This document shows positions 49,496 to 60,819 of a DNA stretch of 63,008 nucleotides, piece by piece. A program made the translations under genes and the position numbers. The notes beneath the pieces are model-generated. The model was not told the origin of the DNA, did not search any database, and was given only the letters and a program-made list of their open reading frames with translations. The stretch spans positions 1 through 63,008 of the forward strand of contig CBDUYR010000012.1 of assembly GCA_965371515.1 (NCBI GenBank). The letters run 5' to 3'. The stretch is from an uncultured bacterium. GTDB taxonomy: Bacteria; Krumholzibacteriota; Krumholzibacteriia; Krumholzibacteriales; Krumholzibacteriaceae. Position 1 is the first letter of the stretch, and every line of letters begins with the position of its first letter.

Positions 49496-51904
49496 ATGGA
49501 CTCAGGCGCGAGACGTTCCGCATTGAAAGACGAACTGTCGCAGGCGGCGGAGAAGCTCGAGCTCGGCGTCGTACTCGCGATGGTCGCGCGGCAGGCCGTC
49601 TCGGAGCGGACGTCAGGCGCCATCTTGTCCGAGCCGCTACTCGGCACTATCGAAGAGATAGAGAAGCGCCAGAACGGGACGCTCGAGCTTATGAAGGTCA
49701 GGCAGAAGGGGGAGGACCTGCCGATATCCGGCTGGAGGGACAGCACGGCGGAGCTCTCGAGGATCAGAGCCGAGGGGATGACTTCATCGGGCGAGGACCT
49801 GGTGGCCATCGCCGCCGCCGAGAGGAAGGCGGGCGAGGTGAGCAGGTTCATAGAGAGATCGAGGGAGGACCTGCCTCTACTCTCGAAATATCTCACCGGA
49901 TTCTCCATCAGCGACGAGATCGTCAAGAGGATCGCGAAGACGATCGGTCCCGATTTCGAAGTGCTCGACAGGGCGAGTCCCGAACTCGCCCGGCTGAGGA
50001 AGAAGGTCGGCAATCTCCGCTCGAAGCTCCGGAAGGAGTGCGCCGACTTCGTTTCCTCTCACACGAAGGGAAGGGGAGAGGAGTTTGTCACGGTGCGCGG
50101 GGAGAGGTTCGTAGTCTCCCTGCCGAGAGACGAAGCGTCGCATGTCAAGGGCATCGTCCACCACCAGAGCGGCAGCGGGGCCTCTCTCTTCATGGAGCCC
50201 CTCGAGTTCGTCGAGGAGAACAACCGCCTCGAGGCGGCCATGCGCGGCGAGCGGGACGAGGTCCTCAGGATCCTCGCCGACCTGACATCAGAAGTATATA
50301 CAGCAAGAGACGACCTGTCCGGCAACCAGGACAATCTTCTCATCCTCGACGAGATAAGGGCCAGGTCGGTATTCGCCGAAAAATACATTTGCGTACAACC
50401 CGGGCACAGCACGGACGGCACACTCGTAATAAGGTCGGCGAGGCACCCCCTTCTCGTGAAGGGGTTCACCGATGAGGGAGTGGGCAGGGAAGTGACTGGT
50501 CTCGATCTCTCATGCGGAGCAGAACTGAAGACCCTCGTGATCTCCGGCCCCAACGCGGGCGGGAAGACCGTCGCCCTCAAGACCATAGGCCTCATGGTCC
50601 TGATGGACAGGCACGGGCTGCTGCTGCCATGCCTCGACGGTACGGTCATTCCCGACTATCCCGCTGTCTTCGTCGACATCGGCGACGACCAGTCGATCGA
50701 GAAATCGCTCAGCACCTTCTCGTCGAGGGTGATCAAGATGAACAGGATCCTCGAGCTTGCCGGTCCGGATTCGATCGTCCTCGTCGACGAGATAGGTGAC
50801 GGGACAGATCCGGAAGAAGGAGCGGCGCTGGCCGGTGCCCTGCTCGAAGATCTCTCCACGAGATGCGGCAGGACCGTCGTGACGACGCACATGAGCTTTC
50901 TCAAGGGCTGGGCCCACGATACTGATTACGCCGAGAACGCCACCCTCGAGTTCGACCCCGCCGAACTGCAGCCACTCTACAGGATGAAGATGGGTATACC
51001 GGGACGGAGCTGGGGTATCGAGACTGCGGGAAGGATGGGGCTCCCGGAAGAGATCATAGATAAGGCCAGGGAGAACATGGCCAGCCCGTCGCTCAGGCTC
51101 GAGGAGTTGCTGGCCGATCTTGAGAGGACCGAGCACATGCTCGCAGCCGAGCGCGAGCAGCTGATCGGCAGGGAGGGAGAGCTCGAACGCCTCGTCAACA
51201 GCTATCGCAACCGCCTCGATCACCTCGAGAAGAACCGCGAGGAGCTCGAACAGGAGGCGCGCAGGGAGGCGCTCGACATCGTCAAGTCGACGCGCGTAGA
51301 GATGGAGCGGCTCGTAAAGGATATCCGCACCGCTCAGGCGGAGCGCAAGGTGATCGCCCGCTCGAAACATGAGATACAGAAAAGAACCGAGCAGTTCGAG
51401 AAGAAAATAAAGCCGCTCAGGCCGGAAGACTCCCTCGAGCCGGTCGACCCGGCCGATCTTGTTCCCGGCCAGTGGGTGATGATCATCAGCCTCGGCAGGA
51501 AAGGGAGGGTGATCGAGGTCGAAGGGACCTCCAGGGTGCTGGTGGAACTGCCCGGAGGCATAAGGGTAGAAACAAAGACAGGCGATCTCTCGAGGGCGGA
51601 GGGCCCGAAAGGTGAGCCGAAAAAGCCGCAGGTCAGATACGACGTGCCTTATGACGTGCCGGTCGAGACAGAGCTTATGATCCGCGGGCTCGAGAGGGCA
51701 GAAGCTATGGAAAAAGTCGACGCCTTCATCGACAGGGCCGCCCTGCAGGGCCTCGAAACGGTGCGGATCATCCACGGAATAGGCCGGGGGATCCTGAAGC
51801 AGGCGGTATACGACATGCTGAGAAGCGATCCGCGCGTCGCCGATGTCAGGCCGGGCGAACCGGCGCTCGGCGGTGACGGAGTTGCGATAGTGAAGTTGAA
51901 ATAG
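49496..51904 (+). CDS. mutS2: MutS2 (ABC ATPase with coiled coil, KOW and Smr domains)
   Basis: SGPNAGGKT, DIGDDQSI..SLSTFS, DEIGDGTDPEEG, TTH, IIHGIGRGILK...GGDG. Confidence 0.93.
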   Translation: MDSGARRSALKDELSQAAEKLELGVVLAMVARQAVSERTSGAILSEPLLGTIEEIEKRQNGTLELMKVRQKGEDLPISGWRDSTAELSRIRAEGMTSSGEDLVAIAAAERKAGEVSRFIERSREDLPLLSKYLTGFSISDEIVKRIAKTIGPDFEVLDRASPELARLRKKVGNLRSKLRKECADFVSSHTKGRGEEFVTVRGERFVVSLPRDEASHVKGIVHHQSGSGASLFMEPLEFVEENNRLEAAMRGERDEVLRILADLTSEVYTARDDLSGNQDNLLILDEIRARSVFAEKYICVQPGHSTDGTLVIRSARHPLLVKGFTDEGVGREVTGLDLSCGAELKTLVISGPNAGGKTVALKTIGLMVLMDRHGLLLPCLDGTVIPDYPAVFVDIGDDQSIEKSLSTFSSRVIKMNRILELAGPDSIVLVDEIGDGTDPEEGAALAGALLEDLSTRCGRTVVTTHMSFLKGWAHDTDYAENATLEFDPAELQPLYRMKMGIPGRSWGIETAGRMGLPEEIIDKARENMASPSLRLEELLADLERTEHMLAAEREQLIGREGELERLVNSYRNRLDHLEKNREELEQEARREALDIVKSTRVEMERLVKDIRTAQAERKVIARSKHEIQKRTEQFEKKIKPLRPEDSLEPVDPADLVPGQWVMIISLGRKGRVIEVEGTSRVLVELPGGIRVETKTGDLSRAEGPKGEPKKPQVRYDVPYDVPVETELMIRGLERAEAMEKVDAFIDRAALQGLETVRIIHGIGRGILKQAVYDMLRSDPRVADVRPGEPALGGDGVAIVKLK

Positions 51905-51930
51905 ACTTTGTACAGAAGGGATGTGAGAGA

Positions 51931-52278
51931 ATGATCATCAGGAAACTGAACGACATGGAGATCATGAAGACCGCGCACGGCGTCGATGCGCGCAACCTGT
52001 ACGATACCGGTGATGCTATGGTCACGGTGATCACGCTGACGCCGGGCCAGAACCTCAAGCGTCACATCACCCCGGTAGACGTGATCTTTTACGTGCTGGA
52101 AGGAACGGGCGTAGTGGAGGTCGGCGAGGAGAAGGCAGAGGTCACGAAAGATTCGCTTGTCGAGAGTCCGAAGGACATCATGCACTGCTGGTACAACGAG
52201 AGCGACGCCGACCTGCGGTTCATGGTCATCAAGGCCCCGAAGCCGAAGACGAAAACGACTTTCATCTCGGATAATTGA
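51931..52278 (+). CDS. Cupin domain protein
   Basis: HITP...FYVLEGTG, PKDIMHCWYN. Confidence 0.85.
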   Translation: MIIRKLNDMEIMKTAHGVDARNLYDTGDAMVTVITLTPGQNLKRHITPVDVIFYVLEGTGVVEVGEEKAEVTKDSLVESPKDIMHCWYNESDADLRFMVIKAPKPKTKTTFISDN

Positions 52279-52306
52279 CAGGTCAGAAAAAGGTAACTGA
52301 ACAGCG

Positions 52307-54076
52307 ATGATACCAGAAAATGTCATTGACGACATCAGGGAGCGGACGGATATCGTAGACGTGATCGGCGGAGTCCTCGATCTGAAGCGCGCCGGGCGCA
52401 ATTTCAAGGCTCTATGTCCCTTTCACGGCGAGAAGACCCCGAGCTTCATGGTCAGCCCCGATAAGCAGATCTACCACTGCTTCGGCTGCGGCAAGGGCGG
52501 GAACGTCTACAGCTTCCTGATGGAGTACGAAGGGGTCGGGTTCGTGGAGGCGGTAAAGGAGCTCGCGGGGCCTCTCAACGTCGACGTCGGGAGGTACCTG
52601 ACCGGAAGCGAGGACCGCAGCAGGTTCGATCCATACTACCGGGCGATGGAGTTCGCACAACTCCACTTCAGAAAAGGGCTCGAGGAGAGCAGTGAAGCCT
52701 CTGAATACCTCGATCGCAGGGGATTCGGCAGAGAACTGGTCGAGAAGTACAGGATCGGCTTCGCCGGTCCCTCCTGGGAATCGCTCTACAAGGCGGCTTC
52801 GGAGACGGACATAAAGAAGGATACCCTGCTCGAGATGGGGCTGATAATGCGGAGCAGGGGGTCTACGGGCTACAGGGACTACTTCAGGAACCGCATAATG
52901 TTCCCCATCCACAGTCTCCCTGGGCGAGTAGTGGGTTTCGCGGGCCGTGTCCTGGACAGTTCAGAGCCAAAATACCTCAATTCGATGGATAATCCCATCT
53001 ACCACAAGGGTAAAATTCTCTACGGGCTCAACCAGACGAAGGATGATATTCGCAAGTCCCGAACAGCCGTGATAGTAGAGGGTTATGTAGACCACCTGAT
53101 GCTGTGGGATAGTGGGATCACCAATATATGTGCCGTATGCGGCACTTCACTGACAGAAGATCAGGCCAGACTCCTTGCACGATACGCTAAACGTATATAT
53201 ATTATCAATGACGGTGACAGGGCGGGAGTACGTGCGGCAGTAAGGGCTGCTGACCAGCTTGTAATCGAGGGGCTGGATACCAGTATAGTCGTTCTGCCGG
53301 AAAAAGAGGATCCCGACAGTTTCATAAGAAAAGAAGGAGTAGAGGCTCTCCGGGAGTTGATGAGTTCTGCTCCTGATTATTTTAACTACCTCCACGGCGA
53401 GGTCAGGAAAGGGTCAAGGACTGCAGCGCGCAAGCAGCAGGTCGTAGAGCACCTGCTTGCGACGGTTTCGCGGGTAGACGACGGGGTGAGGCGGGAGATA
53501 CTTCTGCAGGAAGTTTCCAGTCTATTCGAGATACCCGTAGCGACCCTGAAATCGAGCCTCAAACCGGGAAAAAGGCGCAAGTCGCCCGCCGAAGGACCCG
53601 TTCGGCACACCGTCACAAAAAGAGAAGAGAACCAGAAGGTGATGTTCAGGATCGCGCTCACGAGCGCGGACCTGGCCGCCATGGTCACCGATAATCTGAT
53701 CGAGGAGGATCTCGAGGGGGAGTGTCACAGGAAGCTCCTCAAGGCCCTCAAGGAGGCAATGGAGAACGGTGTTGATCCTGCCGGGATCCGGTTCATAGGC
53801 TCGATCAGCGACCCGGAGCTCTCGACACTTGCCGCCGAGATAACGCTTGCCGAGCCGCCCCCGGGCCCGGCGCGGGAGATCCTGCACGATACGCTGCTGT
53901 GGATCAAGAAGGCGGCCCTGAAGGTCGAGATGGCCGAGATGAAGGAACGCCTCACGCAGCTCGAAGAAGAAGGTTCGGACGAGACTTCATCCGAGAGGAT
54001 AGGAATAGTCTCGGCTTATATAGAGATCGAGAGAGAGCTCGGCAAACTGGAAATCAAGGAGGATTCTCAGTCTTGA
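52307..54076 (+). CDS. dnaG: DNA primase
   Basis: [11 protein letters not shown]...CFGC zinc finger, [27 protein letters not shown]. Confidence 0.96.
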   Translation: MIPENVIDDIRERTDIVDVIGGVLDLKRAGRNFKALCPFHGEKTPSFMVSPDKQIYHCFGCGKGGNVYSFLMEYEGVGFVEAVKELAGPLNVDVGRYLTGSEDRSRFDPYYRAMEFAQLHFRKGLEESSEASEYLDRRGFGRELVEKYRIGFAGPSWESLYKAASETDIKKDTLLEMGLIMRSRGSTGYRDYFRNRIMFPIHSLPGRVVGFAGRVLDSSEPKYLNSMDNPIYHKGKILYGLNQTKDDIRKSRTAVIVEGYVDHLMLWDSGITNICAVCGTSLTEDQARLLARYAKRIYIINDGDRAGVRAAVRAADQLVIEGLDTSIVVLPEKEDPDSFIRKEGVEALRELMSSAPDYFNYLHGEVRKGSRTAARKQQVVEHLLATVSRVDDGVRREILLQEVSSLFEIPVATLKSSLKPGKRRKSPAEGPVRHTVTKREENQKVMFRIALTSADLAAMVTDNLIEEDLEGECHRKLLKALKEAMENGVDPAGIRFIGSISDPELSTLAAEITLAEPPPGPAREILHDTLLWIKKAALKVEMAEMKERLTQLEEEGSDETSSERIGIVSAYIEIERELGKLEIKEDSQS

Positions 54077-55827
54077 TGGATCGCGACAGAATTGAAGAAG
54101 TTCTTGTAGAAATCAGGAAACTCGCCGGTGAGAAGGGTTACGTTCTCCACGATGAGATAGAGGGTCTGGTAGGGACGGAGTTTAATCCCAATGATATCAT
54201 CCCCCTCTACGACAAGCTCAGCGAAGAGAACATAGAGTTCTTCGATACCGACGAGAAGGCCAAGTTGAAGATCGATGCCCAGGCCAGGCGCGAGCAGAAG
54301 GAAGCGAAGAAAGCCGACGATATGCTCAGTCCCGGCATCCGGTACGACGATCCGGTGAGGATGTACCTTCGCGAGATGGGTAAGGTCCCGCTGCTCAACC
54401 GCGAGGGTGAGATCGAGATCGCCAAGCGCATCGAGACGGGCAATGCCAAGGTCGTCCACGCGATCTTCAGTCTGACCGCGACGACCGATCGCTTCGTCGA
54501 GTATGTAAGGCTTATCGAGGCCGAGGAGGTGCGCCTCGAGGACGTCATCCAGCTCGAGACAGGAGGACTTCACCCGCATTTCTCGGGAAAGAAGGACCAG
54601 AAGAAGTACACCTCGATTCTCAAGCAGATAATCAAGCTGCGCAACGAGACCGACGATATCAGGGCACAGCTTCGCAAGCGCATCAGCAAGAAGAAGGAAG
54701 CGGAGCGCACCAAACAACTCGAGGAGAAGAACCGGAAGCTCAAGGAAAAGTACTCGAAGATCAAAGTGCACCCAGTTCAGGTCGCCCGGATGGTCAACTG
54801 TAACAAGGAGATCCTCATCGAGCTCGAGAAGCACTACAAGGAGCTTCGCGAATACGAGAAGTTCATCGGCATGACCACCGACGAAGTGCGCGACGCAGTG
54901 AAGACAATGAAGGGACGCTCAACAAAGGCAAAGTCGGTCCTGAAGAAGAAGATCAAGTGGTCAAAAGATAATCTCGAGGATTTCTCCGGAAGGATAAAGG
55001 TCATCGAGCGCGAGTGCCGCCAGATCGAGAAACGCGATAACGTCGAGTACCAGTCGCTGAAGAAGATCGTCCGCGACGTCAGGTTCGGCGAGCGCAAGGC
55101 CGAGAGGGCAAAGCAGGAGATGATAGAGGCGAATGTCCGCCTCGTTATCTCGATCGCCAAGCGATATACGAACCGCGGACTCGAATTTCTCGACCTGATC
55201 CAGGAGGGCAACAGCGGCCTGATGCGCGCTGTCGACAAGTTCGATTACCGCAAGGGTTACAAGTTCAGCACCTACGCCACGTGGTGGATCAGGCAGGCGA
55301 TCACAAGGGCGATTGCCGACCAGGCGAGGACGATCAGGGTGCCGGTGCACATGATCGAGGCGATTAACAAGGTCTCGCGCACCCAGCGCAAGTTGATTCA
55401 GGAATTCGGCCGCGAACCGACGCCCGAAGAGGTGGCGAGCCGACTCGACTATCCCGTCGGCAAGGTCAAGAGCGTGATGAAGGCCTCGATGGAGCCGATA
55501 TCGCTCGACAGGCCGATAGGCGAGGACGACGACAGCAATCTCAGCGACTTCATCGAGGATACCGGTGCCTCGTCGCCCGACCAGACGGCCGCCCACTCGA
55601 TGCTCAAGGACCAGGTGGCCAGGGTGCTCGCGACCCTGACCCAGAGGGAAGAGAAGGTCGTAAGATTGAGGTTCGGTCTCGGCGATGGGACCCCGAGGAC
55701 CCTGGAGGAGGTCGGCACGATCTTCAAGGTGACAAGGGAGAGGGTGCGGCAGATCGAGGCGAAGGCGCTGAGGAAGCTCATGCACCCCAGCCGTGCGCGA
55801 AAACTCAAAGGGTATATAGATATATAG
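54076..55827 (+). CDS. rpoD: Primary RNA polymerase sigma factor
   Basis: [45 protein letters not shown]...[14 protein letters not shown] overlap with dnaG. Confidence 0.97.
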   Translation: MDRDRIEEVLVEIRKLAGEKGYVLHDEIEGLVGTEFNPNDIIPLYDKLSEENIEFFDTDEKAKLKIDAQARREQKEAKKADDMLSPGIRYDDPVRMYLREMGKVPLLNREGEIEIAKRIETGNAKVVHAIFSLTATTDRFVEYVRLIEAEEVRLEDVIQLETGGLHPHFSGKKDQKKYTSILKQIIKLRNETDDIRAQLRKRISKKKEAERTKQLEEKNRKLKEKYSKIKVHPVQVARMVNCNKEILIELEKHYKELREYEKFIGMTTDEVRDAVKTMKGRSTKAKSVLKKKIKWSKDNLEDFSGRIKVIERECRQIEKRDNVEYQSLKKIVRDVRFGERKAERAKQEMIEANVRLVISIAKRYTNRGLEFLDLIQEGNSGLMRAVDKFDYRKGYKFSTYATWWIRQAITRAIADQARTIRVPVHMIEAINKVSRTQRKLIQEFGREPTPEEVASRLDYPVGKVKSVMKASMEPISLDRPIGEDDDSNLSDFIEDTGASSPDQTAAHSMLKDQVARVLATLTQREEKVVRLRFGLGDGTPRTLEEVGTIFKVTRERVRQIEAKALRKLMHPSRARKLKGYIDI

Positions 55828-55840
55828 ACAACCAGGGAAA

Positions 55841-55915
55841 GGGCCCATAGCTCAGCGGTAGAGCCCCCGGCTCATAACCGGTCGGTCACAGGTTCAAATC
55901 CTGTTGGGCCCACCA
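55841..55915 (+). tRNA. tRNA with CAT anticodon, most likely tRNA-Ile2 (lysidine)
   Basis: GGGCCCA/TGGGCCC-ACCA acceptor, CCGG-CTCATAA-CCGG anticodon arm, GGTTCAAATCC. It lacks initiator features; Ile2 versus elongator Met is inferred. Confidence 0.9.
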
Positions 55916-55924
55916 GAAAATCAT

Positions 55925-55950
55925 CGCCGACCCGTGAAAACGGGTCGGCG
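55925..55950 (+). terminator. Hairpin terminator after the tRNA
   Basis: CGCCGACCCGT-GAAA-ACGGGTCGGCG. Confidence 0.7.
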
Positions 55951-56057
55951 GTTCTGTATATACATGTGTGAGAATAAGATGGCTGAAGACTATTTCCAAC
56001 TCAATATATCAGGTTAAATACTAGAGGTTTATATGCTTTATTTTGACCCGCAATGTA

Positions 56058-56066
56058 TGGTATAAT
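56058..56066 (+). promoter_or_regulatory. Extended -10 promoter for the propeller gene array
   Basis: TGGTATAAT in an AT-rich intergenic region; AGGAGG RBS before GTG 56211. Confidence 0.5.
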
Positions 56067-56210
56067 GCCCAAAAGCGATGAAGATCTCATTTATAACAGA
56101 AACATGATTATCTGATGCTGCGAGCACGAAGAGTCGAATGATTTATCGATAAGATTTTGAAGTAAATTAATCAAATCTTTTCAACCAGTGATAAATCAGG
56201 AGGTATATTC

Positions 56211-58703
56211 GTGAAAAGCGCATTCATCGCAATTTTCTGTTTCCTGCTGCTAATTTCATCTTCCAGCCTGATGGCCCAGGACCAGGTTGTCTTCGAAGCG
56301 CCACAAACATTCGCGTTCTATGATGAGTACACTAGTAAATATATTTATTCGGTCTGCACTTTCGACTTTGACGGGGATGGGATCCTGGACCTGGCCGCTG
56401 GTCTGGATGATGATCCAAACATCGGAATATTATTTGGCAAAGGCGATGGCACTTTCCATAACGAGGCAGGATACAATTATGCTGAAGATTACGATCAATT
56501 TTATTTTATAGAAACTGATGATTTTGATAATGACGGAGACGCCGACCTCGTTGCTGCATGCAGATATAATCATGACAATAGAGTCGTAATCTTTCTGAAT
56601 GATGGGGATGGCACGTTCACTCCCGGAGGAGAAACAGAGTTCCCGGATGAATTTCGACCTAGACAGTTATGTCTGTCCGACTTCGACGGAGATGGAAATA
56701 ACGATCTGGCGGTTCTCTTTTATCAAAAAGACGAATATATGGAGAAGGTATCGATACTTCTGAGCAACGGTGACGGAACATTCGAGAATGCTATTGATAC
56801 TCCTTTGGATTGGTATATTTACCTGTCTTCGATATGTGCTTCAGATTTCGACAACGACGGAAATACCGACCTGGCCGTAACCAGTTCTTACAATGGAAAG
56901 GTCATGATCCTGCTTGGCAAAGGGAATGGGCAGTTCGACACAGGGAAACCGATCCCTGCCTATAATGTCGGAGACAACCCTCTTTGGTTAACGGCATCGG
57001 ATTTCGATCTCGACGGAAATATCGACCTGGCGGTCGCGAACGATGACTCCAATGATATTTCAATCCTTCTTAACGAAGGTGATGGGACCTTCAGGAAAGG
57101 ATCCACATATCATGTTAGTTATCCTGCGGGGTCCCCTGATAATATTTATAGCTCAGATCTCAATGGAGACGGCTATGCCGATTTAGCAGTCACTGCTGGA
57201 TATCTTATCGTGTTTCTCGGCAATGGAACGGGGAACTTTCAGTTCGAAGGGCAGTACCATGCCGATGCGTTGTCGACATTATTAGGTGGAGATTTCGACC
57301 TCGACGGAGATCTGGATCTCCTCGTTCGAGGAGATTATCTTCAAGTTATTGTCTATAAGAACAACGGCGACGGTACGTATCTTGTTCCTGAGTACTATAG
57401 ATATTATAATTGTCACACCGTTTCCACTTCGGATTTCAACGGTGACGGAGACATCGATCTTGTGTCCATGAGCGACGACGACCTCGATATATTTCTCGGC
57501 AATGGAGACGGAACATTACAACATCTGATAGACTATGAAGTCGGGGCTGATGCGAGGTCCGTGTGCATCGCGGATTATAACGGTGACAGTATCGAAGACC
57601 TCGCTCTGATCAACAGATCCCCACGAACCGCTTCTCTCTTTCTCGGCAATGGAGACGGGACATTTCAGAGCAGGACGGATTATGCGGCCGGAAGCGATCC
57701 CGAAGAGGCCTGTACAGCCGACTTTGACGGTGATGGAGAAATGGACCTTGCAATAACGAATGGCTCTCCATCGGAAGTCTCTATACTCTTTGGAAACGGC
57801 GACGGGACGTTTCAGAGTCCTGCGAGTGTCTCGGCTTATGGCTTGATACATCCCTACGGGATATGCGCCTCCGACTTTGACGGTGATGGCGACATCGATC
57901 TTGCAGTAGGAGACGATTCGTTGCATTGGAGTCATAACGGACTAGGCTTTATGGAGAATAATGGGGATGGGACGTTTCAACCTCCGGCAATCTACTACTC
58001 CGAATGGAGAACGAAAGTTCTTGTCGCAGCCGATCTTGACAGGGATGGTGACAGCGACATCGTTGCAAAAAGTACATACGGAATCTGGACCTACCTGAAT
58101 GACGGAGATGGGACGTTCGTAGCCCATCACTGGAATTACATAAATGCAATAGAGTCGTTTTGTATATCGGATTTCAATCACGATAGGGTTCCTGATATTG
58201 CAGCAATAGGTAGCAGACCCGATTTATCGCTCTTGATGGGAAATGGCGATGGGACATTCCAGGATAAGCAGACCTTTTATGCGGGAGGCGGTTGGGATAT
58301 CTGCGCTTCCGATTTCGACGGTGATGGAAACGCCGACCTTGCTGCTGCACTAGGGATAGATGTTATGATCGCGCTTAATCTCACTCCCATTGCGACTGCA
58401 ATCGAAAACGAATCGCTGATCCCCACAGTGCCGAATTTTTTACAAAACTTCCCAAATCCTTTTAATCCTGTCACCACACTCAGGTTCTCGCTGCCCGAAT
58501 CCGGTCATGTGCGCATCGCCGTTTACGATGCAGCGGGTCGCGGAGTGGCTGTAATCGCCGACCGTCGTTTCCAGGCAGGATATTCAGAAGTTGTCTGGGA
58601 CGGCAGGAACGAAAACGGAAGGGCACTCGCCTCCGGCATATATTTCGCGCGGATGACGGTGAAGGACTTCACCGTGGCTAAAAAACTCGTACTGCTGAGA
58701 TAG
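56211..58703 (+). CDS. Secreted FG-GAP/VCBS repeat protein (14 repeats) with an FlgD/T9SS-like C-terminal domain
   Basis: Signal peptide; 14 DxxxDGxxDL-type motifs, mostly paired with GNGDGTF; C-terminus QNFPNPFNP...YDAAGR...WDG...ASGIYF...KLVLLR. Confidence 0.9.
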   Translation: MKSAFIAIFCFLLLISSSSLMAQDQVVFEAPQTFAFYDEYTSKYIYSVCTFDFDGDGILDLAAGLDDDPNIGILFGKGDGTFHNEAGYNYAEDYDQFYFIETDDFDNDGDADLVAACRYNHDNRVVIFLNDGDGTFTPGGETEFPDEFRPRQLCLSDFDGDGNNDLAVLFYQKDEYMEKVSILLSNGDGTFENAIDTPLDWYIYLSSICASDFDNDGNTDLAVTSSYNGKVMILLGKGNGQFDTGKPIPAYNVGDNPLWLTASDFDLDGNIDLAVANDDSNDISILLNEGDGTFRKGSTYHVSYPAGSPDNIYSSDLNGDGYADLAVTAGYLIVFLGNGTGNFQFEGQYHADALSTLLGGDFDLDGDLDLLVRGDYLQVIVYKNNGDGTYLVPEYYRYYNCHTVSTSDFNGDGDIDLVSMSDDDLDIFLGNGDGTLQHLIDYEVGADARSVCIADYNGDSIEDLALINRSPRTASLFLGNGDGTFQSRTDYAAGSDPEEACTADFDGDGEMDLAITNGSPSEVSILFGNGDGTFQSPASVSAYGLIHPYGICASDFDGDGDIDLAVGDDSLHWSHNGLGFMENNGDGTFQPPAIYYSEWRTKVLVAADLDRDGDSDIVAKSTYGIWTYLNDGDGTFVAHHWNYINAIESFCISDFNHDRVPDIAAIGSRPDLSLLMGNGDGTFQDKQTFYAGGGWDICASDFDGDGNADLAAALGIDVMIALNLTPIATAIENESLIPTVPNFLQNFPNPFNPVTTLRFSLPESGHVRIAVYDAAGRGVAVIADRRFQAGYSEVVWDGRNENGRALASGIYFARMTVKDFTVAKKLVLLR

Positions 58704-58740
58704 TACATAAGATTATTTCTCTCAAAGGGAGATAGGTGTC

Positions 58741-60777
58741 ATGAAACGGAGTGTATCGGTCCTGGGTCTGATGTGTCTTGGACTATTTGTCCTGAGTACG
58801 GGTGCCTCGCTCGGGCAGTCTGTTGGTTCCATCGTGGAATGGGGTGATCGGGTCGTCCTGGACCCATCGGAATTCGATGGTATTGTGTTGGTCGCCGCGG
58901 GCGCGAATCACAGCCTGGGTCTAAAGTCAGACGGGGCGATTGTAGCCTGGGGGAGTAGCACTTATGGCCAGTGCAATGTTCCTGAACCGAACGAGGGCTT
59001 CGTGGCAGTCGCCGGGGGCGAGTGGCACAGCGTGGGGCTAAAGTCTGACGGGACAATTTTGGCCTGGGGGAGGAACTACGATGACCAGTGCGACATCCCC
59101 GAGCCGAACGAGGGTTTTGTGGCGGTTGCGGGGGGCAGCTTTCACAACCTGGGCCTAAAATCCGACGGGACGATCGTAGCCTGGGGGAGCAACAGATTTG
59201 GTCAATGCGACATCAAAGGACCGAACAGGGACTTCGTGGCGGTTGCAGCGGGTGAGAATCACAGCCTGGCTCTTAAAGCCGATGGGACGGTTGTGGGATG
59301 GGGGAGTAGCACTTATGGTCAGTGCGACGTCCCTGAGCCGAACGAGGGCTTTGTGGCGGTCGCCGGGGGTCAGCATCACAGCCTGGGCCTCAAGACCGAT
59401 GGGACGATTGTAGCCTGGGGGAACAACGGCTATGGTCAGTGCGACGTCCCCGTACCGAACGGGGGCTTCGTGGCAGTTGCCGGGGGCGGTCGTCACAGCA
59501 TAGGCCTTAAGTCCGATGGGACGATCGTGGCCTGGGGCTACAATTACTATGGTCAGTGCGACATCCCCGTTCCGAACGAAGAGTATATGGCAGTTGCTGG
59601 GGGTGGTCTACACAGCCTGGGCCTGAAGGCCGATGGGACGATTGTGGCCTGGGGGAGGAACAACTATGTCCAGTGCGACATCCCCGTACCGAACGAGGGC
59701 TTTGTTGGGGTCGCAGGGGGTGGGGGTCACACCCTGGCTTTTAATATCGATGGGGTGATTGTGGCCTGGGGGGGCAACAGCTACGGTCAGTGCGATATCC
59801 CTGAGCCGAACGAGGGTTTTGTGGCGGTCAGTGGTGGCGGCTGGCACAGCCTGGGGCTCAAGACCGACGGGACGATCGTGGCCTGGGGGCTCAACAGCGA
59901 TGGCCAGTGCGACGTACCAACGCCTAACGAGGGCTTCACTGCGGTCGCTGCAGGCGATAAGCACAGCCTTGGCCTGAAGGCCGACGGGACGATCGTGTCC
60001 TGGGGGAACAACGACATAGGCCAGTGCGACATCCCTGAGCCGAACGAGGGTTTTGTTGCCGTTGCTAGCGGTCCGTATTTCAGCCTCGGTCTAAAGACCA
60101 ACGGGATGATCATGGCCTGGGGAAATAACTACTCTGGCCAGGGCGATGTTCCTGAGCCGAATGAGGGTTTTGTGGCGGTCGCCGCAGGAGGGGATCATAG
60201 CCTGGGCCTTAAATCCGACGGGACGATTGTGGTCTGGGGCTCCTTCTACGCGGGCTGGGGCCCCTCGCCGAACGAGGGATTCGTGGCGGTGGCCGGAGGC
60301 TCATTTCACAGCCTGGGTCTCAAGTCCGACGGGACGATCGTGGCCTGGTGGTTGAACGACCTAGGCCAGTGCGATGTCCCTGAACCGAACGAGGGTTTCC
60401 TGGCGGTTGCCGGGGGTGGTAATCGCAGCCTGGCTTTGAGAAGTACATCTACAACTGACGTCGAGGACCCCGGGCCGGGTAATGTGCCCGGAGCCGAGAT
60501 GATCGAGATACTTTCTCTCTCGCCCAATCCGTTCAATCCATCAACTGAGGTTTACTTCGAGACGAGTTTGTTCGGTCACGTAAGCCTGGAAGTCTATGAC
60601 GTTAGCGGGAGGCGTGTGAGCACAGTCGACCTTGGGTATGTGGGGCCGGGCCGGCATCGGGCGCAGTGGGACGGACGTGACGGGAGTGGTGTCAACCTGG
60701 TCTCGGGGGTCTATTTTCTGAGTCTGCGTGGTATTGCGGGCGATTCCCGGTCGGTGAAGGCGGTTCTGGTCCGCTGA
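58741..60777 (+). CDS. Secreted RCC1/BLIP-II-like repeat protein 1 with an FlgD/T9SS-like C-terminal domain
   Basis: Signal peptide; 13 full ~39-aa repeats (HSLGLKxDGTIVAWGxNxxGQCDVPEPNEGFVAVAGG) plus one split repeat; C-terminus SPNPFNP...YDVSGR...WDG...SGVYF. Confidence 0.92.
   Translation: MKRSVSVLGLMCLGLFVLSTGASLGQSVGSIVEWGDRVVLDPSEFDGIVLVAAGANHSLGLKSDGAIVAWGSSTYGQCNVPEPNEGFVAVAGGEWHSVGLKSDGTILAWGRNYDDQCDIPEPNEGFVAVAGGSFHNLGLKSDGTIVAWGSNRFGQCDIKGPNRDFVAVAAGENHSLALKADGTVVGWGSSTYGQCDVPEPNEGFVAVAGGQHHSLGLKTDGTIVAWGNNGYGQCDVPVPNGGFVAVAGGGRHSIGLKSDGTIVAWGYNYYGQCDIPVPNEEYMAVAGGGLHSLGLKADGTIVAWGRNNYVQCDIPVPNEGFVGVAGGGGHTLAFNIDGVIVAWGGNSYGQCDIPEPNEGFVAVSGGGWHSLGLKTDGTIVAWGLNSDGQCDVPTPNEGFTAVAAGDKHSLGLKADGTIVSWGNNDIGQCDIPEPNEGFVAVASGPYFSLGLKTNGMIMAWGNNYSGQGDVPEPNEGFVAVAAGGDHSLGLKSDGTIVVWGSFYAGWGPSPNEGFVAVAGGSFHSLGLKSDGTIVAWWLNDLGQCDVPEPNEGFLAVAGGGNRSLALRSTSTTDVEDPGPGNVPGAEMIEILSLSPNPFNPSTEVYFETSLFGHVSLEVYDVSGRRVSTVDLGYVGPGRHRAQWDGRDGSGVNLVSGVYFLSLRGIAGDSRSVKAVLVR
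58905..60440 (+). repeat. Intragenic ~117-bp tandem repeat (RCC1-like blades), gene 1
   Basis: Recurrent CACAGCCTGGG...GA(C/T)GGGACGAT...TGGGG...CAGTGCGA...CCGAACGAGGG with a ~117-nt period. Confidence 0.9.
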
Positions 60778-60819
60778 CATGATATTGAAAAACTTTTTAT
60801 CTAAAAGGGGACAGGCATC

